Origin: an uncultured candidate division Zixibacteria bacterium
Lineage (GTDB): Bacteria; Zixibacteria; MSB-5A5; RBG-16-43-9
Length of the DNA stretch: 64,000 bases
Direction of reading: 5' to 3'
NCBI GenBank assembly: GCA_963713865.1
Contig: OY970208.1
Location: 2,432,001 to 2,496,000 of the forward strand
Of this stretch, positions 41,529-52,192 are shown in pieces (within the stretch, counting starts at the first letter, position 1; every line of letters starts with the position of its first letter). The notes beneath the pieces were generated by a model. That model did no database searches and was not told the DNA's origin. It worked only from the letters and a program-made list of their open reading frames with translations. Position numbers and translations under genes: made by a program.

Positions 41529-42866
41529 ATGAGTCAATATTCCTGTGAGAAAAATGGGGACCCGGTAGAGCTCCTTAAAGATACGATTGAGACTAAAATG
41601 GATAAACTTGCCGGGATCAACCAGATTCTGAAGAAAAAGCTCTTCGATCTGCAGGCTATTTTAGAGCTCAGCCGGCAATTCAACTCAAATCCGGACCTGA
41701 ATTCTCTTCTGGAAAACACTCTTCTGACCGTTGCGAGATGTTTAGAGGTCAAGGGTGGATTTATCGCAGTTCAAAAGACTCCTGATGACAGATCGTTTTC
41801 TCTTACCAGGTCTTGCGGGATCGAGATAAAAAAAGGGTTGGAGTTTTCACCTGATTCCTCCCTGTCTGCATATCTTATAGAAAAGAACAAACCTCTATTC
41901 GTAAAAAATGTAATTAAGGAATTTAAGTCTGGGCTGAAAGAATTTCAAGCTAACGAATTTGAGATTATAATCCCTCTTTTGATAAGAGATAAGGTAAGGG
42001 GTATTCTTTTACTCTCCGGCAAGATTTCCGGTCAGTCCTATTCGGAAAACGATCTGGAATTCCTTTCCCTGCTGACTAATCAGGTAACCATCATAATGGA
42101 AAATTTGCTTTACTCTCGGAACGGGAAAGATGCAGATTCAAAACCTGAGAAAACTCGACCGCACTTTATGCAGACCGAAAGATTGGTACTCTTAGGCCAG
42201 CTTTCCATAGCAATTGCCCAGAAGATAACTGACCCTCTGGGGATAATCAAAAATTATCTGGCTATACTTTCACAATCTTTTAAAAAACCCGATAAATCCC
42301 TGGCTCATCTGAGGGTCATAAAAGAAGAGGTGGATCGGATAGCCCATATCGTAAAACAGCTTACCTATTTCTATCGTCCCAAATCCGAGGTTAAAACCCT
42401 GATAGACATTGGCTCTCTTTTAGAAGACACCCTGTCTTTCGTAGAAAAACAATTTTCCAAAGATAAAATCTTTATAAAGAAGGAATTCCAGTCAGACCTG
42501 CCCAGAATTAAAGTTTATCCGGATGAATTACAACAGGTATTTTTAAACCTTCTGATGAATTCCAGGGATTCTTTGCCTCAGGGAGGGGAGATAGAAGTTT
42601 CTGTGAGCGCTCAAAAGGAGAAGCTGGAAATAGAGTTTAAAGATACTGGCAGATGGATTGAAGAAAATGATATCGCTTTAAACTTCGAGCTTTTTGATCT
42701 CCCGGATGCGGGATCGCAGAGACTGGGATTCTGGGTTTCCTCCGAGATATTAAAAAGACATAATGGTGAGCTAAAGGTAAAAAATAGAGAGGATAGAAAA
42801 GGAAGCTGTTTTAACCTCAGCCTGCCTTTCCGGGAAACGGATCTACAGGACGGTAAATTAGGATGA
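41529..42866 (+). CDS. GAF + degenerate histidine kinase (pseudokinase)
   Basis: H-box reads IAQKITDPL (no His); G boxes read DTGRWI and GSQRLGF. Confidence 0.7.
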   Translation: MSQYSCEKNGDPVELLKDTIETKMDKLAGINQILKKKLFDLQAILELSRQFNSNPDLNSLLENTLLTVARCLEVKGGFIAVQKTPDDRSFSLTRSCGIEIKKGLEFSPDSSLSAYLIEKNKPLFVKNVIKEFKSGLKEFQANEFEIIIPLLIRDKVRGILLLSGKISGQSYSENDLEFLSLLTNQVTIIMENLLYSRNGKDADSKPEKTRPHFMQTERLVLLGQLSIAIAQKITDPLGIIKNYLAILSQSFKKPDKSLAHLRVIKEEVDRIAHIVKQLTYFYRPKSEVKTLIDIGSLLEDTLSFVEKQFSKDKIFIKKEFQSDLPRIKVYPDELQQVFLNLLMNSRDSLPQGGEIEVSVSAQKEKLEIEFKDTGRWIEENDIALNFELFDLPDAGSQRLGFWVSSEILKRHNGELKVKNREDRKGSCFNLSLPFRETDLQDGKLG

Positions 42867-44947
42867 AGACGAAAAATCCGGAAAAAATCTTAATAGTGGA
42901 TAATGAAGTTAGAATGCGTGAGAGTCTCAAGACTCTTCTGCATAACTCCGGGTATGAGGTGGAAACGGTAGAAGATGGGGAGAAAGCCATTTGCCTTATG
43001 AATCAAAATAATTTTGAATTGATAATTGCGGATATAAATATACCAAAAGCCAGTGGGATAGAACTGTTAAGAAAAGCAAAGTCTAAAGATAAAGATGCAC
43101 TGGTCATCCTCATGACCGGTTATGGTTCATTGGATTCTGCCTTAGAGGCGATAAAAGGAGGGGCTTATCACTATTTCCTTAAACCGATCGAGTTTTCAGA
43201 CCTGGAGAGAGTTATAAAAAGCGGGCTGGAGAAAAGGAAAATAGATTTGGAAAGAAAAATCCTTTTAAAAGAGCTTAAAGAGAAAAACGTAGAACTCAAG
43301 ACCAAAGTAGAGGAACTGAATGCCCTATACCAGGCTGGTCGAGCCTTGAGTTCCAAAGATAGTTTAGATGTTCTGCTGGCCAATATCCTTTCGCTGGCGA
43401 CTAAAGTGGTTAAGGCTAAAACCGGCTCCATAATGTTGCTGGATCCTTCAAATAGATTTCTTTTTATAAAAACAGCCATCGGTTTGGAAAAAGAGATTAT
43501 AAAGAATACAAAATTAGAGCTGGGCAAAAGCATATCCGGCTATGTGGCGGAAAAAGGGCAACCGCTTTTAGTGGAAGATGTGGAAAAAGATCCCCGCTTC
43601 AAAAGGACCTCCAGGGAAAAGTATGAGACCAAATCCCTGATCTCGGTCCCCTTGAAAGCTAAAGACAAGATCTTGGGTGTCATAAATCTAAATAACAAAC
43701 TCAGTGGTGAGCCTTTTAATACTAAAGATCTTAAATTGATCTCCACCTTTGCGTCCCAGGCAGCTATAGCGATTGACGATGTATATAATTTTGAGCAGAG
43801 CAGGAAAAAAATTGCCCAGCTCTCGGTTTTGCACCAGATAGCTTCACGCCTTGCTACTTTAGACGATTTTGAGGTAATATCGAGATTCATTTTCATGCAG
43901 TTAAAAAAAATAATCCCTATAGACTTTTCCCTGTGGTTTGACTGGAATGAAAAAAATCAAATGATAAGGCTCAGCTCTATCCATGGGCTGGAGGATAGAA
44001 TTTCAGGGTTGGAGATCCCCATTCTGGATTTAGATATATTCGATCGGGAAAAGCTAAGCCAGAAGATTAAAAAAAGGTTAGAGGAGGAAAAGTTTATTAC
44101 TCCTCAGAGCATTGTTTATTCTTTCCCCATATTAACTGAAGGCACTTTCCTGGGAATATTCTGTGCCGGGAATGTAAAAGGCATAGTTTTATCTCAGGAG
44201 GAAGAAGAGATTATCTCCATAGTAGGCTCGCAAGCATCTTCAATCTATGAACGCCAGCGAGCGATCCTGAATGCAACCAGACTTCTGACTATGGGGAATA
44301 TGATGTCCGAGATAACCCACGATCTAAAAAAACCTCTGACCAATTTAAAAGGGGTAATTCAGCTTTTAAAAGAAGGGAAAAGCGAAGGGAAAAAGGAAGA
44401 GCTCCTGAGAATATTGGATCAGGAGATCAACCGAGCGAGTGAGCTGGTCAGGGAGTTAGTGGATTTCTCCAATCCAGGTAAATATCAGTCAGAGAGAAAA
44501 TCGATCCTTCCCATTTTAGAAAAGGCTTTGAAGCTGCTGGAGACGGACGTAAAAAAGAATCGGATTAGAGTGATTAAAGAATATCCGGATAATCTCCCTT
44601 TAATTTTCATTAACGAGAATGAGCTCTTGGAGGCATTTATAAACGTGCTTTTAAATGCGGTTGAGAGTATGCGCGAAGGGGGAGAACTGAAGTTAGAGCT
44701 GAGCAGGTATTATGATACGCAGAGAGAAGACAGTATTCTTCAGTTCTGTATTGCTGACCAGGGTACGGGGATTCCCAAAGAGAACTTGAATCGGATCTTC
44801 GAACGGTATTTTACTACCAAGGAAGGTGGTTCAGGTTTAGGATTATCCATAGTAGAGAGAATTATCAAAGCCCATAACGGATTTATCAAAGTGGAAAGCC
44901 AGTTAAATAAAGGAACAAAATTCTTTATATGTTTACCCTGTGGTTAG
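42863..44947 (+). CDS. REC-GAF-histidine kinase
   Basis: N-terminal REC; EITHDLKKPL, DQGTGI, GGSGLGL. Confidence 0.85.
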   Translation: MKTKNPEKILIVDNEVRMRESLKTLLHNSGYEVETVEDGEKAICLMNQNNFELIIADINIPKASGIELLRKAKSKDKDALVILMTGYGSLDSALEAIKGGAYHYFLKPIEFSDLERVIKSGLEKRKIDLERKILLKELKEKNVELKTKVEELNALYQAGRALSSKDSLDVLLANILSLATKVVKAKTGSIMLLDPSNRFLFIKTAIGLEKEIIKNTKLELGKSISGYVAEKGQPLLVEDVEKDPRFKRTSREKYETKSLISVPLKAKDKILGVINLNNKLSGEPFNTKDLKLISTFASQAAIAIDDVYNFEQSRKKIAQLSVLHQIASRLATLDDFEVISRFIFMQLKKIIPIDFSLWFDWNEKNQMIRLSSIHGLEDRISGLEIPILDLDIFDREKLSQKIKKRLEEEKFITPQSIVYSFPILTEGTFLGIFCAGNVKGIVLSQEEEEIISIVGSQASSIYERQRAILNATRLLTMGNMMSEITHDLKKPLTNLKGVIQLLKEGKSEGKKEELLRILDQEINRASELVRELVDFSNPGKYQSERKSILPILEKALKLLETDVKKNRIRVIKEYPDNLPLIFINENELLEAFINVLLNAVESMREGGELKLELSRYYDTQREDSILQFCIADQGTGIPKENLNRIFERYFTTKEGGSGLGLSIVERIIKAHNGFIKVESQLNKGTKFFICLPCG

Positions 44948-45057
44948 AGTCTTTTTTAGTTTTGCCGATAGGGTAGATAATATCCGAGAAACGAAGACTA
45001 CGAGCCAGCCCGCCCTTTGGGCGTCTGGCTTAGCCACCGTAGGAAAGGCTGGAGCTT

Positions 45058-46449
45058 ATGAGAGATAAAGTAAAGTTGTTAGTCATCGATGATGACCCAA
45101 GTGTCCCCTGGCTTTTAAGCGAAGGGTTAGGAGAGAATTATGAGATCGCTTCAGCCCGGGATGGAAAGGAGGGAATTAAGCTTATTTCTGGAAATAGACC
45201 GGATCTGGTATTGCTGGATATCAAAATGTCAGGGCTGAGTGGGTTTGAGGTTCTGGAGCAGATTAAAGAAATGGATCGCTTATTAGAGGTTATAATGCTT
45301 TCCGGACATAGCGAGACTAAAAATGTTGTGGAGTCGATTCGCCGTGGTGCCTCGGAATTTATAACTAAACCTTTTGATGTGAAAGAAGTTGAAATTCATA
45401 TTCAGAAGGTTCTTGAAAAAAATAAGCTGAAAAAAGAGTTAGACCTGCTGAAATCAGAACTTCAGGCAAAAACTCAGTACGATAAGCTAATCGGAGAATC
45501 TCCCAAAATGTTGCAGGTCAAAAGCTTAATAGAACAGGTAGCGGACTCGGAATTGACTGTGCTTATCAGGGGAGAAAGCGGCACCGGCAAGGAGATAGTT
45601 GCCCGGATGATCCATAACCTTTCCAGCCGTAGAAATGAAACCCTTATAAAGCAAAACTGTGCGGCTATACCCCGTGAGCTTTTGGAGGCTGAGCTATTCG
45701 GGTACGAGAAAGGGTCTTTTACCGGGGCGCATAAGACCAAACCAGGCAGGTTTGAGACCGCTCACAAGAGTACCATGTTTTTAGATGAGATCGGGGATCT
45801 GCCTTTAGAGCTTCAATCCAAGCTCCTCCAGGTCCTAGAGCAACATGAGTTCTTAAGAGTTGGTGGGATAAAAAATATTCAGGTGGACGTACGGATTGTC
45901 TGCGCTACAAATCGAGATCTGGAAAAAGCCTTAGAAAAACAGCTTATGCGAGATGATCTATATTACCGTTTAAATGAGATCACTATCCAGTTGCCTTCCT
46001 TAAGAGAGATCAAGGATGATATTCCTTTTCTGGTTGACCATTTTTTAAAGAAGTATAATCTTCAATATAAAAAAGAATATTCTCAACTTTCTCCGAAAAG
46101 TATGAATCTTCTCCAGGAATATGGCTGGCCTGGAAATGTGAGGCAGTTAGAGAATCTGATTAAACAGATCATTGTGCGAGGGAATGAGAATATCATACTG
46201 GAAACTATTAAGGCAACTATAATACCTTCTGAGACTACAGAAGAGCTCGGATCCCAAACTGAAGAAAAAGACTTTTCTCTTAAAAAAAGGGTAGCTAAAA
46301 CTATCGCCAGTCAGGAAAAGAGATTAATCCTGGAAGTTCTTAACAAGACTAACTGGAACCGGAGAAAAGCGGCAGAGCTTTTGGAAATAAGTTATCGCTC
46401 TTTGCTCTATAAGATCAAAGAATACCGGCTCAATGAAACTGAAAAATAG
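45058..46449 (+). CDS. Sigma54-dependent NtrC-family response regulator
   Basis: REC (LLDIKM), GESGTGKE, GSFTGA, FLDEIG, WPGNVRQL, Fis HTH. Confidence 0.92.
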   Translation: MRDKVKLLVIDDDPSVPWLLSEGLGENYEIASARDGKEGIKLISGNRPDLVLLDIKMSGLSGFEVLEQIKEMDRLLEVIMLSGHSETKNVVESIRRGASEFITKPFDVKEVEIHIQKVLEKNKLKKELDLLKSELQAKTQYDKLIGESPKMLQVKSLIEQVADSELTVLIRGESGTGKEIVARMIHNLSSRRNETLIKQNCAAIPRELLEAELFGYEKGSFTGAHKTKPGRFETAHKSTMFLDEIGDLPLELQSKLLQVLEQHEFLRVGGIKNIQVDVRIVCATNRDLEKALEKQLMRDDLYYRLNEITIQLPSLREIKDDIPFLVDHFLKKYNLQYKKEYSQLSPKSMNLLQEYGWPGNVRQLENLIKQIIVRGNENIILETIKATIIPSETTEELGSQTEEKDFSLKKRVAKTIASQEKRLILEVLNKTNWNRRKAAELLEISYRSLLYKIKEYRLNETEK

Positions 46450-46720
46450 GAAAGAAATAGCTTTTCTCTCTTATGTAAGTTAGTGCAAAGATTATGAACA
46501 GGGTTGCATATAAATTCCACTATTAAGGATGGAATTTGATTTACCACTCACCTGTCGATAAATAGTGTATGTAATTGTCCGAGAGAAAGAATTTTCACGC
46601 ATACCTACTACACCACGTAATCTTTTGTTAATCATCGACTTATATTCTGCGAGTTAAGTTATCAACATTCTAAAATTTATATTGCCAAAATAAAATGCCG
46701 CAGGTGAAGAGTAAGTTCAA

Positions 46721-46736
46721 TGGCATAAGTTTTGCT
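46721..46736 (+). promoter_or_regulatory. Sigma54 -24/-12 promoter
   Basis: TGGCATAAGTTTTGCT (GG-N10-GC), directly downstream of an enhancer-binding protein gene; IHF-like AATCATCGACTTA at about 46630. Confidence 0.7.
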
Positions 46737-46897
46737 TTTTTATATAGCGCTTAGTGATTAGAAGTTACCTCTTCGACGATGATTTGACAGATCATAAATT
46801 TTAGGCTCGGATGCCAGCTTCATTTTTAAGGAACACAATACAAAGAAAAATGATTGATAAAGTTTTAAATTTTCATATTTATAAAAGGAGTGTTTGA

Positions 46898-47401
46898 ATG
46901 AATAGCTTCAGGGATGAACTTGATCCAAAACCGGATCATGAAGAATGGGAAGAGACAGATCAGTTTTACAAGAGACACCGTAACTTCGGGCTAAGGGCAA
47001 AGCAGGAGTTAAAGCGAGCAGAGAGATACTGTGAATTTCTATCCCTTTTGGTGGTTGATTTAAGCAGTTTAGCAAAATTTGCTAAAGGTGGTGCTATGAA
47101 AAGTTACCAGCGAGTGGAAACGTTTTTTGAAGAGCTGGAAAGACTGGTTAAAGGAAGCGTGCGGGAGACGGATCTGGTCTCTGGGGTTGAAGACCAGAAA
47201 CTTCTCTTGCTCCTTTCCGAAACGCCTAAGGAAGGTGCTAAAAGTCTATCCAAAAGATTAGGTGAAAAGGTAAAATATTTAGTTTCCAGCACCCTGAAAA
47301 CTCCGCCTGGCTGGCAGGTGCCGATGAATATCCTTTCTTATCCGGACCGGAAAGGGAAAGACAAGTTCTTAGGTTTCATTCAGGAGTTGACCCAATCCTG
47401 A
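46898..47401 (+). CDS. Degenerate GGDEF-like protein
   Basis: QELKRAERY...LSLLVVD...VRETDLV...LLLSETPKEGA pattern with no GG(D/E)EF motif. Confidence 0.6.
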   Translation: MNSFRDELDPKPDHEEWEETDQFYKRHRNFGLRAKQELKRAERYCEFLSLLVVDLSSLAKFAKGGAMKSYQRVETFFEELERLVKGSVRETDLVSGVEDQKLLLLLSETPKEGAKSLSKRLGEKVKYLVSSTLKTPPGWQVPMNILSYPDRKGKDKFLGFIQELTQS

Positions 47402-47894
47402 TTTTTTTAATCACGCTTTGACAAGGATGTCATCTGCAAAAAAGAAAAGAATTAAAAAATAATTAAAATTAGTAAGAACCCAAAATTCAAGAGTTGATTT
47501 ATCTATTTGTTATTTCGTGTTTGGGAGATAAGTGTTTATTTCCCCTCCTTTTCAAGGGGAAGGTAAGGGAGTGGTTATATATGTAGCGTCAGGTTTTATG
47601 CCCGGCGTTCATTTTCCCATTGAAACGGAAAATACATAAATTAAATTCCTCTCCCTTTTGGAGATTGATAGAATCAGAGTATATCCCGCCCTTAGATGGG
47701 CTGATGCTAAAAAAGCAAGAGCAAGCTCTTGCACTCCACTCAAAAACAGGTAGAGACGCATGGCTATGCGTCTCTACGAGAATTTTGTCGGGTCAGGGGA
47801 CCCGTGTGCAACGGCTATATTGGAACTAGTATCCCCACCTTGCCCGCAAGGTGGGATTAAGTAGGGGCGTATTGCAATACGCCCCTACGAAAAG

Positions 47895-49271
47895 CTATTC
47901 AGGGAAGATTTTGCCGGGGTTGATTATTCCTTCAGGATCAAAGGCTTGTTTTATCTTTTTCATAAACTCTATTCCGGCTTTGCCCACTTCTTTTTCTAAG
48001 AATCTTGATTTGGTTGTGCCGATGCCGTGCTCTCCGGAAAGAGTTCCGCCTAACTTTAAAGTCAAATCGAACAATTTCTCTACTGCCTGTTCCACCCGGT
48101 GCATCTTGGCTTTATCTCTGGAGTCGGTCATAAAATTAACGTGCAGGTTTCCATCTCCGGCATGCCCGAAGGTATTTATCTGAACGGTGTAATCTTTTGC
48201 CAGCTTTTTGATTCCCCGGACTAACTCCGGAAGCTGACTGGGAGGAACGCAAACGTCTTCATTTACCTTGGTAGGAGCTAATCTTAATAAAGACGCAGAG
48301 ACAGACCGCCGGATTTTCCAGAGATTGTCTTTTTCCTCTTTGGTGTCTGCAAACCTTAAACTTTTAGCATTATTTCTCTGACAGATCTTTATGATATCTT
48401 CTGCTTCTTTATGAGCTTCTGCTTTTTCTCCGCTGGTTTCGATCAAAAGAACTGCTTCTGCTTTTTCGACCAGGTCAGTTTGGATATATTCCAAGACACA
48501 GGCTAAAGTGTCACCGTCGATGAACTCTAAAATAGATGGAGTGATCCCTGAAGCGGTAATATCCGCTACTACTTTTGCGGCGTCCTCCATCTGGTTGAAG
48601 CCGGCTAAGATCGTTTCCTCATAAGCTGGTTTGGTTAAAAGTCTCAAAGCTATTCTGGTTATCAAAGCCAGAGTCCCTTCGGAGCCATTGATAAGTCCGG
48701 AAAGGTCGTAGCCTGAGTCTCCATCCTGGTCCAGGATTCCTGTTCGGATTATCTCTCCATTATAAAGGATACATTCCAATCCCAGGACATAATTTTTGGT
48801 AACTCCATATTTCCTGCCTCTTAACCCTCCGGCACATTCGGCTACATTTCCTCCTAAAGTCGAGGTTTTCAAACTGGATGGGTCAGGCGGGTAGAAAAGC
48901 CCGATTTTTTCCATCTCATCTGCAAAGTTTTGAGTAACCACTCCTGGCTCAACTACCGCATACATCTTATCTTTATCTACAGATAAAATCTTGTTCATCT
49001 GCTCGAAACTGACCACGATTCCACCTTTGACTGGCAACGAGCCGCCAGTATAACCTGAGCCTGCACCCCGGCTGACGATTGAAATTTTATGGGTTGAAGC
49101 ATATTTCATTAGTTCTACCACCTGTTTAGTGTTCTGCGGAATGACCACTGCATCCGGCATAAAGCTGGTGTTGGTGGCATCGTAGGAATAGCAGAGTCTT
49201 TCCTCATAGGTGGAGAGGAGATTTTTAGGGCCGAAAATTCTTTTTAGGTCTTCAAATAGGTTTTCTTTCAT
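47895..49271 (-). CDS. glcD: GlcD-like FAD-linked 2-hydroxyacid oxidase
   Basis: YPPDPSS, GGNVAECAGG, GSEGTL, GHAGDGNLH, SGEHGIG, NPGK. Confidence 0.85.
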   Translation of the reverse strand: MKENLFEDLKRIFGPKNLLSTYEERLCYSYDATNTSFMPDAVVIPQNTKQVVELMKYASTHKISIVSRGAGSGYTGGSLPVKGGIVVSFEQMNKILSVDKDKMYAVVEPGVVTQNFADEMEKIGLFYPPDPSSLKTSTLGGNVAECAGGLRGRKYGVTKNYVLGLECILYNGEIIRTGILDQDGDSGYDLSGLINGSEGTLALITRIALRLLTKPAYEETILAGFNQMEDAAKVVADITASGITPSILEFIDGDTLACVLEYIQTDLVEKAEAVLLIETSGEKAEAHKEAEDIIKICQRNNAKSLRFADTKEEKDNLWKIRRSVSASLLRLAPTKVNEDVCVPPSQLPELVRGIKKLAKDYTVQINTFGHAGDGNLHVNFMTDSRDKAKMHRVEQAVEKLFDLTLKLGGTLSGEHGIGTTKSRFLEKEVGKAGIEFMKKIKQAFDPEGIINPGKIFPE

Positions 49272-49493
49272 AGCATCATCCTTCTTTGAAAATGGACTAA
49301 GCTTATCTTAATCTATACGAAATAAAATCGAAAATGAAAAGTGGAGTATAAAGCCATCAAGGTCTTGTCCACAGGATCCTGGTGAGGACTATAGCTTTAC
49401 TATTTTCTCTTGTTTGTGCGGGAATTCCCCAGAATGGGTCTTGACGACAATTCCCGAACCAACTTAAAACCAAAGGGCGAAGAATCTACAGAC

Positions 49494-49550
49494 GAAAGAG
49501 ATTTAGTCGGGCAGTTTTCAACAGCCCGACCTACTGCTACTACTGCTACT
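49494..49550. repeat. REP1 with duplicated CTACTG tail (left boundary of the cargo array)
   Basis: gaaagagatttagtcgggcagttttcaacagcccgacctactgctact; also at 50968-51015 and 52463-52510. Confidence 0.9.
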
Positions 49551-49586
49551 ATTTACAGAAAAAAAATTGCCAATTATTGACGAATA

Positions 49587-50627
49587 TTATAATAGAAAAA
49601 TATTATTTTCATGACATTTACTAATCATGTCATCAGGCCAAATACTGCTTTGGACTTCACCTATATGAGCCTTTCGAAGGTAAAACATGCAAAGCCGCGA
49701 TTGGCCGATACCACCTCCAATAGAAAGTGGCAATTCGTCATTGAGCAGACGCCTGTGGAAGTATAAATCTTTTCTTTTCATTTCACCCTTAATCTTCAGT
49801 TGTCGCAACAGCGTTTCAGCATTTACTCGTATTCCCATTGAAGAAAGCTCATAGGCACAGTTTAAAATCGGGTAGTAAATCAATATGTCTCCATTCAATC
49901 CCTTGTATTTACTACCAATGGGTGTGGACCAATCATCATAATCTGGGGCTCGACCATCATGCGGTTTGCCGTTTTTCAGGCTGCCGCCAATCCCGATGAT
50001 AAAAACAGCACCGTACTCGTTGCACACAGCTTTTTCCCTTTCATCGGGCGTCAGTTCTGGATATCTTTCCTCTAGTTCTTCACTATGTACAAAAGTAATG
50101 TCTTCCGGAAGGATGGGCTCGATGACGCTGTATTGATGGCAAATATATTTTTCTGTTCTTTTTATGACATCATATATTTTTCGGACAACACCTTGGAGAT
50201 AATTTAGGTTTCTTTCGTTTGGTGATATCACCTTTTCCCAATCCCACTGATCCACATATAGCGAATGCAGGTTGTCCAGACATTCATCTGATCGAATGGC
50301 ATTCATATCGGTGTACAGGCCTTCACCATGCTGAAAATTATAATCGGCCAGCATCATACGCTTCCATTTAGCTAAGGATTGCACGATCTCTGCATTAATA
50401 TCATCCAAAGCCTTTATCTTAAAAGAAACGGGTCTCTCTACACCGTTTAGGTCGTCATTGATACCTGTACCTGCTTTGACAAACAGAGGTGCCGTAACCC
50501 GTTGAAGGTTCAACTCAAATGATAAATTGATCTGGAAAAATTCTTTTATTAGCCGGACTGCTTTTTCCGTTTCTTTCAGATCCAACAATGGTTCATACTG
50601 TTCCGGGATAAATAAACTTGTTCTCAT
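49587..50627 (-). CDS. asnA: Aspartate--ammonia ligase
   Basis: NDDLNG, VQSLAKWKR, YVDQWDWE, HDGRAPDYDDW, IGGGIGQSR. Confidence 0.95.
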   Translation of the reverse strand: MRTSLFIPEQYEPLLDLKETEKAVRLIKEFFQINLSFELNLQRVTAPLFVKAGTGINDDLNGVERPVSFKIKALDDINAEIVQSLAKWKRMMLADYNFQHGEGLYTDMNAIRSDECLDNLHSLYVDQWDWEKVISPNERNLNYLQGVVRKIYDVIKRTEKYICHQYSVIEPILPEDITFVHSEELEERYPELTPDEREKAVCNEYGAVFIIGIGGSLKNGKPHDGRAPDYDDWSTPIGSKYKGLNGDILIYYPILNCAYELSSMGIRVNAETLLRQLKIKGEMKRKDLYFHRRLLNDELPLSIGGGIGQSRLCMFYLRKAHIGEVQSSIWPDDMISKCHENNIFLL

Positions 50628-50696
50628 AAAATACCTCCTTTCATATCGCTGTTAGCAAATTCAAATCTCTCGCTTATTAGATATAATCATCTGAAG

Positions 50697-51015
50697 GCCT
50701 AACATAGGTTTATCTGTACTAATAAAATTACAATTACGGCTATTTCTAACCATAAAAACCTCCTTACTAACTTGTAATTTTATTTAATCATTTACTTTAA
50801 TCGCAAGCAGTTAGATAATAAATATCTTATAAACTTACAATCTTTTATACAGCTAAAAGAAGTCGCATAAAATGAAAATTAAAATATATCTGTAAACAAG
50901 ATAAATTGCCTTGTTTAGATATGCAAGTAAAATTCTTCCGTCAGGTCAGGGGACCTGACGGTCACGTGAAAGAGATTTAGTCGGGCAGTTTTCCACAGCC
51001 CGACCTACTGCTACT
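50697..51015 (-). repeat. Repeated REP / promoter / attI-like block, copy 1
   Basis: Aligns with 52193-52510 and (without the REPs) 54365-54600; minus strand TTGCAT-17-TATCTT; ends GATAAACCTAT-GTTAGGC. Confidence 0.85.
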
Positions 51016-51087
51016 GACTGGAAGTACCCGAACCTTCGCTGGGGCGCGGTGGTAGCAACGTCGGCTGCACGCGCTTGTTAGCTCGCT
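51016..51087 (-). other. Truncated integron attC site (left half)
   Basis: AGCGAGCTAACAAGCGCGTGCAGCCGAC shortly after the glycosyltransferase stop; its reverse complement GTTAGCTCGCT matches the cassette start GTTAGCCCGCT at 10/11. Confidence 0.75.
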
Positions 51088-51108
51088 CTCCGTGATAAGT
51101 CAAAATGG

Positions 51109-51936
51109 CTACGATAGATTTGACTCCAAGATACTCAAGATGCCTCCATCAACGGTTTCGTCGAATTTGCGGGCAAACAAGTCTTGACTTGCCATCAAGA
51201 AATCAGCGTCTTTGGACGTGAAGTCTCTTGGACGTAACTTTATTGTTCCTAGCGGCACCCAGTCAATGGTCCTTTTATCGTCGTTCACAATAGTTGCCTT
51301 GTAGTTAGTATTCATTATTACCGTCTGAAAGAATCCTTCATCAGATATAAAGGTGTGCCGATAGAATCTCTTGAACCTTTTGACCTCAAAGCTGTAGCAC
51401 ATATATTCACAGAACTTCCTGCTCAAGATCATCCACTGATTTCCGATATAAGGAGTCACGCCTCGAAGATACGGTCGCTTGATAGGAGTGCGTAGTATCC
51501 TCTTGCTAAACTCGATACAGTAGTTCTCGATTCGAGATAGTGTATCAGGGCGTATCTCTCTCTGGTTAGCCACCTTGATGAAATCCCTTCCTATATTGAG
51601 GCTAAGAAAATCCTGGATGTGCGTCTGCGACTTTAGGGGGAAATCCTGTGCGCTAAGGTTTATGAAAAATTCCCATTCCGAGCTGATCTTCAATAACTCC
51701 TTGATGCCTCGCAATTCAGCATCTACCATGCTGTATCCCCCCCAAAGAATGCTTTGGCTTTTCAGCAAGGATGCGTTGGCAAAGCTTGACAAGAAATCTT
51801 GTATCTCCGTCTGTAATCCAACGCCTGATCTCTTATCCACATGAACCAGGTAATAGTTGGCGGGATGGTAAATTGCTCTAAAGAGCCTTTTGAACTGGTT
51901 AGGATACCGATGTACCAAGATGAGGTATGCGATCAT
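51109..51936 (-). CDS. GT14 / core-2 I-branching beta-1,6-GlcNAc-transferase family glycosyltransferase (cassette cargo)
   Basis: IAYLILVH, HVDKRS, WGGYSMV, INLSAQDFPL, DEGFFQT, FARKFD. Confidence 0.85.
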   Translation of the reverse strand: MIAYLILVHRYPNQFKRLFRAIYHPANYYLVHVDKRSGVGLQTEIQDFLSSFANASLLKSQSILWGGYSMVDAELRGIKELLKISSEWEFFINLSAQDFPLKSQTHIQDFLSLNIGRDFIKVANQREIRPDTLSRIENYCIEFSKRILRTPIKRPYLRGVTPYIGNQWMILSRKFCEYMCYSFEVKRFKRFYRHTFISDEGFFQTVIMNTNYKATIVNDDKRTIDWVPLGTIKLRPRDFTSKDADFLMASQDLFARKFDETVDGGILSILESNLS

Positions 51937-52192
51937 GTCCTTAACGATCTCCTCTAATCTGTATCTTCCTCAATAATTAGCGGGAAACTAACTCTGCACA
52001 GCCTCTTTCACTCGTGAAAACCGAGGCTACGGGCAACTTTCCCACAGTTATTGAGAATATACTATAACTTGTATCTCTCGAATTTCTATCATGGCAAGCC
52101 TTTCATGGTTAGGATATGGCTATGCCAGAATTATATTCCGAATACGACGGCTTGGCCGAAAAAAGGGGCGACACCTTTGCATACAACGAGCG

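Noticed and set aside
49340-49460. Riboswitch upstream of glcD (similar candidates at 41380-41430, 46770-46825 and 58075-58200)
   Set aside because: Some pairing potential, but no match to a family consensus I can recognise; Rfam cmscan would be needed.
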